Shown one piece after another: positions 34,724-45,179 of a stretch of 64,000 nucleotides of DNA. A model generated the notes under the pieces. It ran no database searches. It worked only from the letters and a program-made list of their open reading frames with translations, and was not told the DNA's origin. The translations under genes were made by a program, and so were the position numbers. Location: NCBI GenBank assembly GCA_041485385.1, contig JBGPJM010000001.1:421-64420 (forward strand). Direction: 5' to 3'. The stretch is from Phycisphaerae bacterium. GTDB lineage: Bacteria > Planctomycetota > Phycisphaerae > Phycisphaerales > UBA1924. Every line of letters starts with the position of its first letter. Within the stretch, counting starts at the first letter, position 1.

Positions 34724-34960
34724 GACCGGACTTATTCCAATCCCCGCTTTCTGTGACCATCCGCCCTATCTGGGAATCATACCGAGACTCCGCCGCGCCT
34801 CTCGCTTTCGCGCGAACCTCCGGAGCCGCCCGTGCGAAACGGCAACATCCGCGTCTGATCCGAAAGGGTCGTGCTCGCCCAGCCTTGTACGGGCGAGGCG
34901 GCAGGGCGCGGCTCGTCTCAACCGCGCGCAGTCCAGGTTTGAGCTGTCAGGGAGCCGAGC

Positions 34961-35422
34961 ATGGTCACGCTGACCGACGACGGGCGATGCGCCTTCCGCG
35001 TCTACCTGCCCCACGCCGGGTAGGTGCTCCTCGTGGGCAGCTTCTCCAACTGGCAAGACGGCGCCACCCAAATGGAGCGTGACGGCACCGGATGGTGGGC
35101 CACGGAGACTCTCGTCCCCCCCGGTGAGCACGAGTTCTCCTACCTTGTCGACGGCGAGCTGTGGATGCCCGACTACGCCGCCTGCGGCATCCGGCGCAAT
35201 CATTCCGGCAACTGGATCAGCCTGCTCACGGTCCAGGAGCCCGGTGTGCTCGCCGAGTCCGACCGCCCCGCCGGCGCGGCCGCCCAGCCCCGCGGCGCGC
35301 GCGCGGACCGCGACGCCGATCAGGGGCGCGTCGCCATACGGCCAGGCGCCGGGGATGCGCTCTTCAATACCGAAGGACCGAGTGCACCTCGCCGTAGCGG
35401 CGCAGATGCTCCCGGGCGCTGA
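34961..35422 (+). pseudogene. CBM48/AMPK-beta-like glycogen-binding-domain protein with in-frame TAG
   Basis: ATG at 34961 gives MVTLTDDGRCAFRVYLPHAG, then TAG at 35021-35023. In the same frame comes VLLVGSFSNWQDGATQMERDGTGWWATETLVPPGEHEFSYLVDGELWMPD (ORF 35024..35422). Together the two halves form one CBM48-type domain. Confidence 0.65.
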
Positions 35423-35897
35423 GGAAGGTCAGCTCCATCAGCACGGTGATCCCGACGATCGACGCCTTCATCGAGTCCACCAGCTCGCAGCAGGCCTTCA
35501 TCGTCCCGCCTGTCGCCAGGAGGTCGTCCACCAGCAGTACGCGCTGGCCGGGCTCGATCGCGTCGGCGTGGATCTCCATCGTGTCCTTGCCGTACTCCAG
35601 CGAGTAGCTCATCGCCAGCTTCTTCGACGGCAGCTTGCCCGGCTTGCGCACGGGCACGAACCCCGCCGAGAGCGCCTGCGCGATCGCGATCCCGAAGATG
35701 AACCCGCGCGACTCGGCCCCGACCACGAGATCGACCTTCCTCCCGCGGTACGGGTTGGCCATCAGCTCGACCGCCAGAGCCAGGCCGGCGGGGTCGCGGA
35801 TGAGCGGCGTGAAGTCCTTGAAGAGGATCCCCGGCTTGGGGAAATCCGGTATGTCGCGGATCAGCGACTTCAGTTGCAGGATCTGGTCCGGTTCCAT
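35364..35897 (-). CDS. apt: Adenine phosphoribosyltransferase
   Basis: 177 aa from M68 of ORF 35364..36098. LKSLIRDIPDFPKPGILFKDFTPL...VGAESRGFIFG...VLLVDDLLATGGT is the canonical Apt sequence with the PRPP motif. Confidence 0.95.
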   Translation of the reverse strand: MEPDQILQLKSLIRDIPDFPKPGILFKDFTPLIRDPAGLALAVELMANPYRGRKVDLVVGAESRGFIFGIAIAQALSAGFVPVRKPGKLPSKKLAMSYSLEYGKDTMEIHADAIEPGQRVLLVDDLLATGGTMKACCELVDSMKASIVGITVLMELTFLSAREHLRRYGEVHSVLRY

Positions 35898-36049
35898 CCG
35901 CAGCCCGCTCCGCGATCCCGTGCCGTCCCCCGCGGTCCACGCGCACGATACACCGCCCGCCCCGGACCCGCCAGAACCCCACGGCCCCGCACGCCGCCGC
36001 CCTCCCCATCCCCCGCCCCCCCTCCGCCTCTCCTCCCTAGACTCCGGCG

Positions 36050-36388
36050 ATGCCGAAGGAACCGCGCGCCACGTCCAAGCTGGAGATCGTCGAGCCAATC
36101 GGCGCCCGCGTGCTTATCCGCAAGGACGAGGACCGCAAAACCACCAAGCAGGGGATCCACCTCCCGGACAAGATCGAGATCCCCACGCTGACGGGACGCG
36201 TCGTGGCGATCTCCGCGCAGGTCGAGCGCGACGAGAACTACCCCATCAAGCGCTACGACCGCGTGCTGTTCAACCCCAAACACGCCATCCCCGTCGAGTT
36301 CGAGGGCGACAACCGCCTCTTCGTCATCCCCGTCGAGGACGTCGTCGCCGTCTTCCGGCGCGACGGCGATCCGGAATCCGGAGCGTAA
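36050..36388 (+). CDS. GroES/Cpn10-family co-chaperonin-like protein (no groEL adjacent)
   Basis: 112 aa. IEPIGARVLIRKDEDRKTTKQGIHLPDKIEIPTLTGRVVAIS...YDRVLFNP...FVIPVEDVVAVF follows the GroES fold pattern. Confidence 0.7.
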   Translation: MPKEPRATSKLEIVEPIGARVLIRKDEDRKTTKQGIHLPDKIEIPTLTGRVVAISAQVERDENYPIKRYDRVLFNPKHAIPVEFEGDNRLFVIPVEDVVAVFRRDGDPESGA

Positions 36389-36454
36389 GCGACCGGCGGC
36401 CACCCCCCGCCCCCCCACCCCCACGCCGCCCCGACTTGTGCCGCGCCCTTCACC

Positions 36455-37891
36455 GTGGACCGCACCCAGCTCATCGCGAACCTCCGGCTGCCGCTGGACC
36501 GGCTGCCCGATCCGCTCCCGATCCCGGTGATCGAGCGCCCGTTCAACGTCTCGATCACGCCGCCCGGCTCCAAGAGCCTGACGAACCGCGCGATCGTGCT
36601 GGCCGGGCTTGCCGAGGGCACCTCCACCCTGCGCAACGCGCTGGCGGACGCCGACGACGCCCGGGTGATGATCGCGGCCGTCGAGACGCTGGGGGCCCGC
36701 GTGGTCCAGCGCGGTGAGGACCTGCACGTCAGCGGGGTCGGCGGCGCGTGGCGCGTCCCGCGCGAGGGCGTGACGCTGAACCTGGGCAACGCCGGCACGG
36801 CCACCCGCTTCCTCGCCGCCGCGGCGATCCTCGCCCCGCCGGGGGCCGGGGGGATCACCATCGACGGCAGCGCCCGCATGCGGCAGCGTCCGATCGGCGA
36901 GCTGGTCGCGTTGCTGCGGGAGCTGGGCGTCCGAGTGGACGAACTGGGCAACCCCGGCTTCCCGCCGATCCGCGTGCTGCCGCCGGCCGATCTGGGCGCG
37001 CTCAAGGCGGGGCTGGAGGTCGGCACGACGGCCTCCAGCCAGTTCATCTCGGCGCTGATGCTCGTGGCGCCGATGCTGCCGCGCGGCCTGCGCCTGGAGT
37101 TCACCGGCGAGGTCACCAGCCGCTCGTACGTGGACATGACGCTGGGGCTGCTGACGGCGCTGGGGGTGAGCGTCCACGCCGCGTCGGACGACGTCGCCGA
37201 AATCCGCCCGCTGGGCCCGGCGCACGGGGGCGGGCGCACGCCGCTGTTCTGCTTCGACTACCAGGTTGAACCGGACGCCAGCGGCGCGACGTACTTCTGG
37301 GCCGCCGCGGCGCTGGTGCCCGGCGCGACCTGCACGGTCCCGGGGCTGAACCGCGACTCCCTGCAGCGCGACGCCGAGTTCGCCGATGAGCTGTTCGACG
37401 TCGGGGCCGATGTCCTCTTCGCCAGCCCCGACGGCTCGCCCCCCGCGCCCGCCTCGACTACCGTCACCGGCGCCTCGCCGATCCGGCGCGCCGTCGCCGA
37501 CCTGTCGCTCATGCCCGACGCGGCCATGACTCTCGCCGCCGTCTGCTGCTTCGCCGGCGGGCCGAGCAGGCTTACGGGCCTCCGCACGCTCCGTGTCAAG
37601 GAGACCGACCGCATCGGCGCGCTGCAGCGCGAGCTGGGCAAGGTGGGTGTCGACGTGCAGGCCCGCGCCGCCGACGGCAACGAATCGGTCTGCATCACCC
37701 CGCCCGCCGGCGGCCTCGACTGCTCGCCCGGGGCGCCGCCGGTCGAGTTCGACACGTACGACGACCACCGCATGGCGATGTCGCTGGCCCTCATCGGCCT
37801 GCGCCGCCCGGGCGTCCTGATCAGGAACGCCGGGTGCGTCGCGAAGACTTACCCGACGTTCTGGCGGGATCTGGCGAAGCTCTTTGAATAG
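36455..37891 (+). CDS. aroA: 3-phosphoshikimate 1-carboxyvinyltransferase (EPSP synthase)
   Basis: 478 aa, GTG start. PPGSKSLTNRAIVLAGLAEG, LGNAGTATRFL, SSQFISALML, RVKETDRI and DDHRMAMSLAL motifs. Confidence 0.92.
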   Translation: MDRTQLIANLRLPLDRLPDPLPIPVIERPFNVSITPPGSKSLTNRAIVLAGLAEGTSTLRNALADADDARVMIAAVETLGARVVQRGEDLHVSGVGGAWRVPREGVTLNLGNAGTATRFLAAAAILAPPGAGGITIDGSARMRQRPIGELVALLRELGVRVDELGNPGFPPIRVLPPADLGALKAGLEVGTTASSQFISALMLVAPMLPRGLRLEFTGEVTSRSYVDMTLGLLTALGVSVHAASDDVAEIRPLGPAHGGGRTPLFCFDYQVEPDASGATYFWAAAALVPGATCTVPGLNRDSLQRDAEFADELFDVGADVLFASPDGSPPAPASTTVTGASPIRRAVADLSLMPDAAMTLAAVCCFAGGPSRLTGLRTLRVKETDRIGALQRELGKVGVDVQARAADGNESVCITPPAGGLDCSPGAPPVEFDTYDDHRMAMSLALIGLRRPGVLIRNAGCVAKTYPTFWRDLAKLFE

Positions 37892-37979
37892 GGCCGGCGC
37901 GCACAAAGAGACCCCGGTCATCCCGGGGCCTCCTTGGCCGCGAACGAATCGGTGTGAACTCTCCGGTCACACCGGCGGC

Positions 37980-38744
37980 TTATCTTTTTCGCAGGGCCGC
38001 GATGATCGCCCCCAGGCCCAGGAGCGCAAGCGAGCCCGGGGCAGGGATATTCGGCCCGCCGGTCACCTGGAACGCGTAGATCGTGTGCGGGAACGTCGAG
38101 TCGGCGGGGAGGCCGCCCTCGTTGTCGCCGATCTGGGTGTCACCGGTGTAGTACCAGCGGAGGGTCGTCGGCAGCGGATCGGAGGGCGTGCCCGTCCCGC
38201 CGCTCACCTGCACGAAGCCCGCGTTGTCCACCATGACGTTCTGCGCCGGCTGGACCGGGATCGACCACCCGCCGATCTGGTACGTCGGGGCATTCCACGC
38301 GAATCCGTCGATCAGGATGCCGCTGGAGTTGAAGAAGTCGAAGAAGATCCTGTGACCGCCGCGCCCGCCCGCGGCCGGGCCGACCGCTCCGCCGATGAAC
38401 GTGAAGCTGGTGAGGTGCAGGTCGGTCTCGCCGACGCGGTTGCCGGCGAAGTCGTCAACGATGCCATCGCGTCCGCCGACGGTCTGGTAGTAGCTGATGG
38501 GGCTGAACGGGCTGATGCCGGAGGAATAGAACGCCGTGGGGGGGCCGCCGCGCGGAACGAGCCCCTCGCCGCCGGCGGGCGGGCTGTCGGGATCGCCGAA
38601 GTCGGGCACCGGGATGAACCAGTCGTATTCGTCGATGACCGGATAGGCGGACCGGTCGATCGGATCACCGATCATCTGCGCGTTGGCCGCGGAGCCGACG
38701 CACAGCGCCACTGCCGCGGCGAGGACCGTGTGGGAACACCTCAT
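37980..38744 (-). CDS. PEP-CTERM-type sorting-signal protein
   Basis: Start at M27 of ORF 37980..38822 (MRCSHTVLAAAVALCVGSAANAQ). C-terminus IPAPGSLALLGLGAIIAALRKR is a PEP-CTERM variant: P-x-P, a TM helix, then a basic tail. Confidence 0.7.
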   Translation of the reverse strand: MRCSHTVLAAAVALCVGSAANAQMIGDPIDRSAYPVIDEYDWFIPVPDFGDPDSPPAGGEGLVPRGGPPTAFYSSGISPFSPISYYQTVGGRDGIVDDFAGNRVGETDLHLTSFTFIGGAVGPAAGGRGGHRIFFDFFNSSGILIDGFAWNAPTYQIGGWSIPVQPAQNVMVDNAGFVQVSGGTGTPSDPLPTTLRWYYTGDTQIGDNEGGLPADSTFPHTIYAFQVTGGPNIPAPGSLALLGLGAIIAALRKR

Positions 38745-39071
38745 CTTGGTCGAGCTCCAGAGGCGAAACGAAGGACACAAACTCCGCCCGATCGGGTGAT
38801 CGGACGGTGACCGGTGTGTCACTCGCTCCTCCGGAATCAGGCGAGCGCGTCAGCGGGGTCTCTCTCGCGCGGCTCGCCTCTCTAAGATCAAGGTAAGCGA
38901 CGGTCGCCGTTTACGCAAGGAATTCCTTATCAATTCGCGGTGATCAGCACGGCAGATTGCCCGTCTTTACATATTCCACAAGCCGATAACGCCCGGACCA
39001 CTAGACTCCTGTGCCACCCGCCGTTCACGGGTCTTTTGCGATCGGCTTCCGGCCCATCTTGAGGAACCGCC

Positions 39072-40442
39072 GTGCCCGTCAGCCACCCCCGAGTCGTCAT
39101 CACCGGACTGGGCGCGGTCTCGTCCATCGGCGCCGGCGTCCCGGCCTTCACCCGCGCGCTCCGGGCCGGGCGGTCGGGTGTTCGGCCGCTGGACTTCACC
39201 GACCCCCACATGGTGTCCACGGTCGCGGCGAAGGTCTGGCCGGACGTATTCGATCCGTGCTCGGTGATGGACGACATGGACCAGAGGCGTCTGCCGCGCC
39301 TGGTCCCGATGGCGCTGGCGGCGGCGAGGGAGGCGATGGGGCAGGCGGGGATGAAGACCGGTGAGGCGCGCAACGGCGGAGCGCCGGAGGAAGAAGGGAC
39401 CGACGGCGCGGTGGACCGCTCGCGGCGCATCGGGCTGATCCTGGGGACCGGCGCAGGGGGGATCGATTTCACGCTCGACCAGTTCCACACGGTGCACCGG
39501 GGAAAGAACGCGTCGCTGTGGACGATCACCAACGCGACGCACGGGAACCTGGCGGGGGAGCTGTCGATCCGGCTGGGGCTGCGCGGGCCTTCGTGGTGCA
39601 TCTCCACAGGGTGCGCATCGTCGTCGGACGCGGCGGGGATGGCGCTGCAGCAGCTCCGGATCGCGCGGGATCCCGACCGGGGCACGCTGGACGGCATGGT
39701 GGTCGTTGGCGCCGATGCGCACGTGCGCTGGGAGACGCTCAGCGGGATGGAGCTCTTGAAGGTGATCACGACGCGGGACTGGAGGGGGGCGGGCGAGGAT
39801 CCGGCGACGGCCTCGCGCCCGTTCGATGCGACGCGGGACGGGTTCGTGCTCGGGGAAGGGGCCTGGGCGATCGTGCTGGAGCGCGAGGAGACGGCCCGCC
39901 GGCGGGAGGCGACCGTGCTAGGGGAGCTGCTGGGGTACGGCGCCACGTGCGACGCCTTCCACCGCGTGCGCCCCGCGCCGGACATGGAGGAATCGGCCCG
40001 CGCGATGCGGCTGACGATCGCCGACGCCGGCGTGCACCCGCGTGAGATCGAGGTGCTGCACTACCACGGGACCTCGACGAAGGTGAACGATGCGGCGGAG
40101 ACAATGGCGGTAAAGATGGCCTTCGGCGACGGCGCGGGCGGGGACGGGCATGCGCGCCGGCTGGTGGGGACCTCGGTGAAGTCGCAGATCGGCCACCCGC
40201 AGGGGGCGTGCGGCCTGGCGGCGCTGGTGGCAACGCTGGCGGGGCTCACGAACCAGGATCAGGGGGAGGGGAGCTTCGTGGCGCCGACGATCAATCTGCG
40301 GCACGCCGACCCGGAGTGCGACCTGGACTACACGCCCAACGCGCCCGCCGCGACCCGGGCCCGCACGGCGTTGATCAACTGCCTGGCGTTCGGGGCGAAG
40401 AACAGCGCGCTGGTGGTGAGGGCGGCGGATCTGCGCGGATGA
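39072..40442 (+). CDS. Beta-ketoacyl-ACP synthase II-like (KAS) protein
   Basis: 456 aa, GTG start. VVITGLGAVSSIG, active-site ISTGCASSSDA, HYHGTSTKVND and GHPQGACG motifs. A divergent FabF-like enzyme. Confidence 0.85.
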   Translation: MPVSHPRVVITGLGAVSSIGAGVPAFTRALRAGRSGVRPLDFTDPHMVSTVAAKVWPDVFDPCSVMDDMDQRRLPRLVPMALAAAREAMGQAGMKTGEARNGGAPEEEGTDGAVDRSRRIGLILGTGAGGIDFTLDQFHTVHRGKNASLWTITNATHGNLAGELSIRLGLRGPSWCISTGCASSSDAAGMALQQLRIARDPDRGTLDGMVVVGADAHVRWETLSGMELLKVITTRDWRGAGEDPATASRPFDATRDGFVLGEGAWAIVLEREETARRREATVLGELLGYGATCDAFHRVRPAPDMEESARAMRLTIADAGVHPREIEVLHYHGTSTKVNDAAETMAVKMAFGDGAGGDGHARRLVGTSVKSQIGHPQGACGLAALVATLAGLTNQDQGEGSFVAPTINLRHADPECDLDYTPNAPAATRARTALINCLAFGAKNSALVVRAADLRG

Positions 40443-40467
40443 ACGCAGACGACGCTATGCTGCGGGC

Positions 40468-41505
40468 ATGAGGATGCGGCTGGGCGCGGCGGCGGTGATA
40501 GTGGTAGCGGTGGCGGGCCGTCCGAGGTTGGTTTGCGCGCAGGCGTCGGAGCTGAGGCTGGACAAGTCGGGGCAGTGGACGCCCGGCCCGGCGGCGGCGC
40601 CGGCGCCGGGGACCGACGAGGCGCTTATCGCCGAGGCCCGGCGCGAGTTGGCGGAGGACCGTCCGGAGAAGGCGAAGGACCTGCTGGATGACTTCATCGA
40701 CACGCACAAGGACGGGGAGCATCCGCTGCTGGCGCAGGCGTACCTGCTGCGGGGCGACGCGATCACGGCGATGGGTAACGAGTTCAAAGCTCTGTACGAC
40801 TACGACAAGGGCGTGATCGAGCGGTTCCCGGGCTCGCCGGAGTACGTCACGGCGCTGGAGCGGGAGCTGGAGATCGGGATCCGGTACGTCAACGGGCTGC
40901 GCTATACGTGGCTGGGGGTGCGGATCTGGGACGCCTCGGACATCGGGGAGGAGATCCTGATCCGAATCCAGGAGCGGCTGCCCGGGAGCAGGCTGGCGGA
41001 ACGCGCCGGGATCGAGCTTGCGGACTTCTACTACCGGAAGCGCGACCTGGAGCTGGCGGCGGTGGCGTACGACCTGTTCCTGCAGAACTACCCGAACAGC
41101 CAGTACCGGATGAAGGCGATGGAGCGCCGCGTGTACGCCGCGATCGCGCGGTTCAAGGGCCCCCGGTACGACGGGTCGACGCTCATCGACGCCCAGGTGC
41201 TCATCAGGAAGTTCAGCTCGCTGTATCCCGAGGAGGCGAGCAAGGTGGGGCTGGACGAGTCGCTGACGGCGCGGCTGGAGGAATCGGCCGCGGCGGAGAT
41301 GCTGGAGACCGCCCGCTGGTACATCAAGCAGGGCGATCCCGTGTCGGCGCGGTACGTGCTGACACGGCTGGTGAGCAAGTATCGGCCGACGGCGTCGGCG
41401 AACGCGGCGATCGAGATGATGCAGAAGAAGGGGTGGCTGGACAGCAAGGGGGCCGGCGACGCGGGCCAGAAGAACGACCGGGGCGGAAAGGGGGAGAGCC
41501 GATGA
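40468..41505 (+). CDS. BamD/YfiO-like TPR outer-membrane assembly protein (tentative)
   Basis: 345 aa. Signal peptide, TPR-like helical repeats (LLAQAYLLRGDAITAMGNEFKALYDYDKGVIERFPGSPEY...). The stop overlaps the next gene (ATGA). Family call is by architecture and context only. Confidence 0.5.
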   Translation: MRMRLGAAAVIVVAVAGRPRLVCAQASELRLDKSGQWTPGPAAAPAPGTDEALIAEARRELAEDRPEKAKDLLDDFIDTHKDGEHPLLAQAYLLRGDAITAMGNEFKALYDYDKGVIERFPGSPEYVTALERELEIGIRYVNGLRYTWLGVRIWDASDIGEEILIRIQERLPGSRLAERAGIELADFYYRKRDLELAAVAYDLFLQNYPNSQYRMKAMERRVYAAIARFKGPRYDGSTLIDAQVLIRKFSSLYPEEASKVGLDESLTARLEESAAAEMLETARWYIKQGDPVSARYVLTRLVSKYRPTASANAAIEMMQKKGWLDSKGAGDAGQKNDRGGKGESR

Positions 41506-42026
41506 GCCGGCCCGGCGCGGCCGTTGTGACCTGGCTGGCGGTCTCGTCGTGCCTGGCGGGCTGCTCGTCGGACCCGCACAGCGGGTACTCGTTCTCGCCC
41601 GCGCACGACACCGGGATCGCGACGGTGCACGTGCCGATGTTCCAGAACAACACGTTCAGCCGCGGGCTCGAGGTGGAGCTGACCGACGCGATCATCAAGG
41701 AGATCCAGAAGAGCACGCCGTGGCGGACGACGGCGGAGCCGGCGGCGCAGGCCACGTTGACGGGAACGATCGTGTCGTCGGAGCTGCGCCCGCTGTCGTA
41801 TGCGCGGACCAGCGGGCTGGTGCAGGAGGAGGCGGTGGTGCTGACGATCGAGTTCGACTTCAAGGACAATCGGACAGGGAAGGTGCTGGTGAGCCGGCGG
41901 GGGTTCACGGCCAGCGACTCGTTCGTGCCGTCCCGGGTGGTGGGGGAGCGGATCGAGGTCGGCCTGAACGGGGCGATCCAGAAGCTGGCGAGGGACGTGG
42001 TGGCGGAGCTGCGCGCGGCGTGGTAA
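41502..42026 (+). CDS. LptE-like outer-membrane lipoprotein (tentative)
   Basis: M199 of ORF 40908..42026. Perfect lipobox LAGCSS, about 150 aa. The VHVPMFQNNTF...LTGTIVS...VLTIEFDFKD pattern resembles LptE. Confidence 0.5.
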   Translation: MSRPGAAVVTWLAVSSCLAGCSSDPHSGYSFSPAHDTGIATVHVPMFQNNTFSRGLEVELTDAIIKEIQKSTPWRTTAEPAAQATLTGTIVSSELRPLSYARTSGLVQEEAVVLTIEFDFKDNRTGKVLVSRRGFTASDSFVPSRVVGERIEVGLNGAIQKLARDVVAELRAAW

Positions 42027-42215
42027 GGCTCCCGGGCGGCACCAGTGGCCGGTGCCGCGGGCGCAGTGGGAGCTGGAGCGCGCCTAGCGTTGAACCGGAG
42101 AACCGGGCTGCGGGTGAAGCCGAACATGCTCCGCACAGGTAGCCTTCGCACAAGTTTCACTCATCCAGGGTCGGGGGTGCGGCGAACATAGGGGGACGCC
42201 CGTCGGTTCGAACGG

Positions 42216-44324
42216 GTGCCCAAGCGAGGCCCATTGTTGAGAACCAAGCCAGGACAGGTCGGTGGGAGCCGGTTGGATGGGGGGGCGATGTTCAACCAGG
42301 ATGGCGGGCGGGAGGGCGGTGGCGGCGCGGGCGGTGGAGGGGGCGGGCCGGGGGGCGGGGGCGGTCCTCCGAATCTGCGTCCCAGCCGCGGGCTGTTCGG
42401 GGTGGCGTCGATCCTGCTGATCATCGTGATGCTGTTCCTGGTGGTCACGTCGGTGACGCAGCAGGCCAAGAAGATCTCCTGGGCCGAGTTCGCCAGGCTG
42501 ATCCAGCAGGACCAGATCAAAGAGCACACGATCGTGATCCGCGATTCGGCGATCACGGCGGTGCAGAAGTCCGGCGACGAGAGCCCGAGCGAGACGAACA
42601 TCCAGTTCCCGCTCACCGGCAGCGAGCGGGACTTCTACCGGCGGGAGCTGCTGAGCCTCGCGAAGGGGGACTTCCAGGAGCGGACGACGCCGATCTGGAC
42701 GCAGGTGATGATCAGCGTGCTGCCGTTCGTGCTGATCATCTTCGTGCTGTGGATGATCATCTCGCGCGGCCTGCGGAGCGCGACCGGCGGGGCCGGGGGG
42801 GTGCTGGGGAACTTCGGCAAGTCGCGGCACCGGGTGCTGGCCAAGGAGATGACGGGGGTGACGTTCAACGACGTCGCCGGCATCGACGAGGCCAAGGAAG
42901 AGGTCACCGAGATCATCGAGTTCCTGAAGAATCCCAAGAAGTTCATGCGGCTGGGTGGACGGATCCCGCGCGGGGTGCTGCTGATCGGCGAGCCGGGGTG
43001 CGGGAAGACGCTCTTGGCGAAGGCGATCGCCGGGGAAGCGGACGTGCCGTTCTTCTCGATCAGCGGCTCGGACTTCGTGGAGATGTTCGTGGGCGTGGGG
43101 GCCAGCCGCGTGCGGGACCTCTTCAAGCAGGCGAAGGAATCGGCGCCCTGCATCATCTTCCTGGACGAGATCGACGCGGTGGGGCGGCGTCGCGGCGGCG
43201 GCTTCACGACCGGCGGGCACGACGAGCGTGAGCAGACGCTGAACGCGATCCTGGTGGAGATGGACGGGTTCAACAGCTCGGACGGGGTGATCGTGATCGC
43301 GGCGACGAACCGGTCGGACGTGCTGGACCCGGCGCTGACGAGGCCGGGGCGGTTCGACCGGCAGATCGTGGTGCCGCGCCCGGACCTGCTCGGGCGGGTC
43401 GAGATCCTGAAGGTGCACGCCAAGAAGGTGAAGATGGGGCCGGACGTGGACCTGGAGCGGATCGCGCGGGCGACGCCGATGTTCTCGGGCGCGGACCTGG
43501 CGGCGCTGATCAACGAGGCGGCGATCGCGGCGACGCTGCACAACAAGGACTTCGTCGAGCACGAGGACCTGGAGGAAGCGCGCGACAAGGTGAAGTGGGG
43601 CCGCTCGCGCAAAAGCCGGGCGATCGAGGAGAAGGAGCGGATCGCCACGGCGTACCACGAGGCGGGGCACGCGGTGCTGCAGCTGCTGCTGCCCGACGCG
43701 GACCCGCTGCACAAGGTGACGATCATCCCGCGCGGGATGGCGATGGGAGCGACGTTCAGCTTCCCGGAGAAGGACCGGTACGGGTTCAGCCTGAAGTGGC
43801 TGCGGGCGTCGATGCGGGTGGTGTGCGGCGGGAGGATCGCGGAAGAGAAGAAGACCGACGACATCTCGTCGGGGGCGGCGATGGACATCCAGCAGCTGAC
43901 CAGCTTCGCGCGGGCGATGGTGCTCGAGTGGGGGATGAGCGAGAAGCTCGGGTTCGTGCGGTACACGGGCATGGACACGCGCGAGACGTTCATGCCGGAG
44001 CGGGAGTACTCGGAGGCGACGGCGAAGCTGATCGACGAGGAGATCCGCTCGTACGCGCACGAGGCCTTCGAGGACGCCAGGCGGCTCTTGTACGAGAACT
44101 GGGAGAAGGTGGAGGCGGTCGCGCAGGCGCTCCTGCGGTACGAGACGCTGACGCGCGTGGAGGTCGAGCGGCTGATGCGGGGCGAGTCGCTGGGGAAGCC
44201 AACAGTGAGCGACCTCTTGGCGGCGGAGGCGAAGCGGGCCGGGGACGAGCTCGCGAAGCGGCCCAAGCCGGCCGCGGCGCCGGAGCCGCACCTGCCGCCG
44301 GGGGCGAGGCCGCGCCCCGCGTGA
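42216..44324 (+). CDS. ftsH: ATP-dependent zinc metalloprotease FtsH
   Basis: Walker [19 protein letters not shown], Walker [13 protein letters not shown] region [20 protein letters not shown], and HEAGHA zinc motif. The start is uncertain; an alternative is the ATG at 42288 (MFNQDGG). Confidence 0.95.
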   Translation: MPKRGPLLRTKPGQVGGSRLDGGAMFNQDGGREGGGGAGGGGGGPGGGGGPPNLRPSRGLFGVASILLIIVMLFLVVTSVTQQAKKISWAEFARLIQQDQIKEHTIVIRDSAITAVQKSGDESPSETNIQFPLTGSERDFYRRELLSLAKGDFQERTTPIWTQVMISVLPFVLIIFVLWMIISRGLRSATGGAGGVLGNFGKSRHRVLAKEMTGVTFNDVAGIDEAKEEVTEIIEFLKNPKKFMRLGGRIPRGVLLIGEPGCGKTLLAKAIAGEADVPFFSISGSDFVEMFVGVGASRVRDLFKQAKESAPCIIFLDEIDAVGRRRGGGFTTGGHDEREQTLNAILVEMDGFNSSDGVIVIAATNRSDVLDPALTRPGRFDRQIVVPRPDLLGRVEILKVHAKKVKMGPDVDLERIARATPMFSGADLAALINEAAIAATLHNKDFVEHEDLEEARDKVKWGRSRKSRAIEEKERIATAYHEAGHAVLQLLLPDADPLHKVTIIPRGMAMGATFSFPEKDRYGFSLKWLRASMRVVCGGRIAEEKKTDDISSGAAMDIQQLTSFARAMVLEWGMSEKLGFVRYTGMDTRETFMPEREYSEATAKLIDEEIRSYAHEAFEDARRLLYENWEKVEAVAQALLRYETLTRVEVERLMRGESLGKPTVSDLLAAEAKRAGDELAKRPKPAAAPEPHLPPGARPRPA

Positions 44325-44441
44325 GCGGCAGGGGCACGGCTCAGCTCGCATGAACTCAGGTATTTCGGTGCGGCTCCGGGCGTTCTAGCCGAGATGCGAG
44401 GACGGTGGCGCGGCGCTTGACGGTCGCGCCGGGGAGTCTGG

Positions 44442-45179
44442 ATGGAACTGCTGCAGCAGGCATTCGAGTGGGTGGTGCACATCGACAGGCACCTGGACGC
44501 GCTGGTCAGCGAGTACGGACCGCTGATGTACCTGCTGTTGTTCGCGGTGATTTTCGCGGAGACGGGGCTGGTGGTGACGCCGTTCCTGCCGGGGGACTCG
44601 CTCCTGTTCGCGGTGGGGGCGATCGCGGCCCGGCCGGGGGCATCGCTGAACGTGTGGGTGCTTCTGGCGGTGCTGATGCTCGCCGGGGGGCTGGGGAACA
44701 CGGTGAACTACTGGGCGGGGCGGCTGCTGGGGCCGCGTGTGGCCAGAACGGGGACGCTCCCGCTCGTGAACCCGCGGAACCTGGAGCGGACGCACGCGTT
44801 CTTCGAGAAGCACGGGGCGAAGGCGGTGCTGCTGGCGCGGTTCGTGCCGATCGTGCGGACGCTGGCGCCCTTTGTGGCGGGTGCGGGGATGATGGGGCAT
44901 GCGCGGTACCAGGTGTACAACTGGGTAGGGACCGTGGCGTGGGTGGGTGTCTGCGTGTTGGGGGGGTATTTCTTCGGGAACTTCCGAGCGGTGCGGGAGA
45001 ACTTCGCGCTGGTGGCGCTGGGGATCGTCGTCGTCTCGCTCCTCCCCATGGCGATTGAGGTAGTCCGGCACAGGGCCGCATCGCGAAGGAACCAACCCAG
45101 TGCGTGCCCCGGCTGCGAATACAACCTTCGCGGCGTGACGGCGCCGAACTGCCCCGAGTGCGGCCGTCCGATCGGCTGA
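44442..45179 (+). CDS. DedA/VTT-family membrane protein with C-terminal CxxC...CxxC tail
   Basis: [23 protein letters not shown]...[21 protein letters not shown] is the DedA signature. The tail is [24 protein letters not shown]. Confidence 0.85.
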   Translation: MELLQQAFEWVVHIDRHLDALVSEYGPLMYLLLFAVIFAETGLVVTPFLPGDSLLFAVGAIAARPGASLNVWVLLAVLMLAGGLGNTVNYWAGRLLGPRVARTGTLPLVNPRNLERTHAFFEKHGAKAVLLARFVPIVRTLAPFVAGAGMMGHARYQVYNWVGTVAWVGVCVLGGYFFGNFRAVRENFALVALGIVVVSLLPMAIEVVRHRAASRRNQPSACPGCEYNLRGVTAPNCPECGRPIG

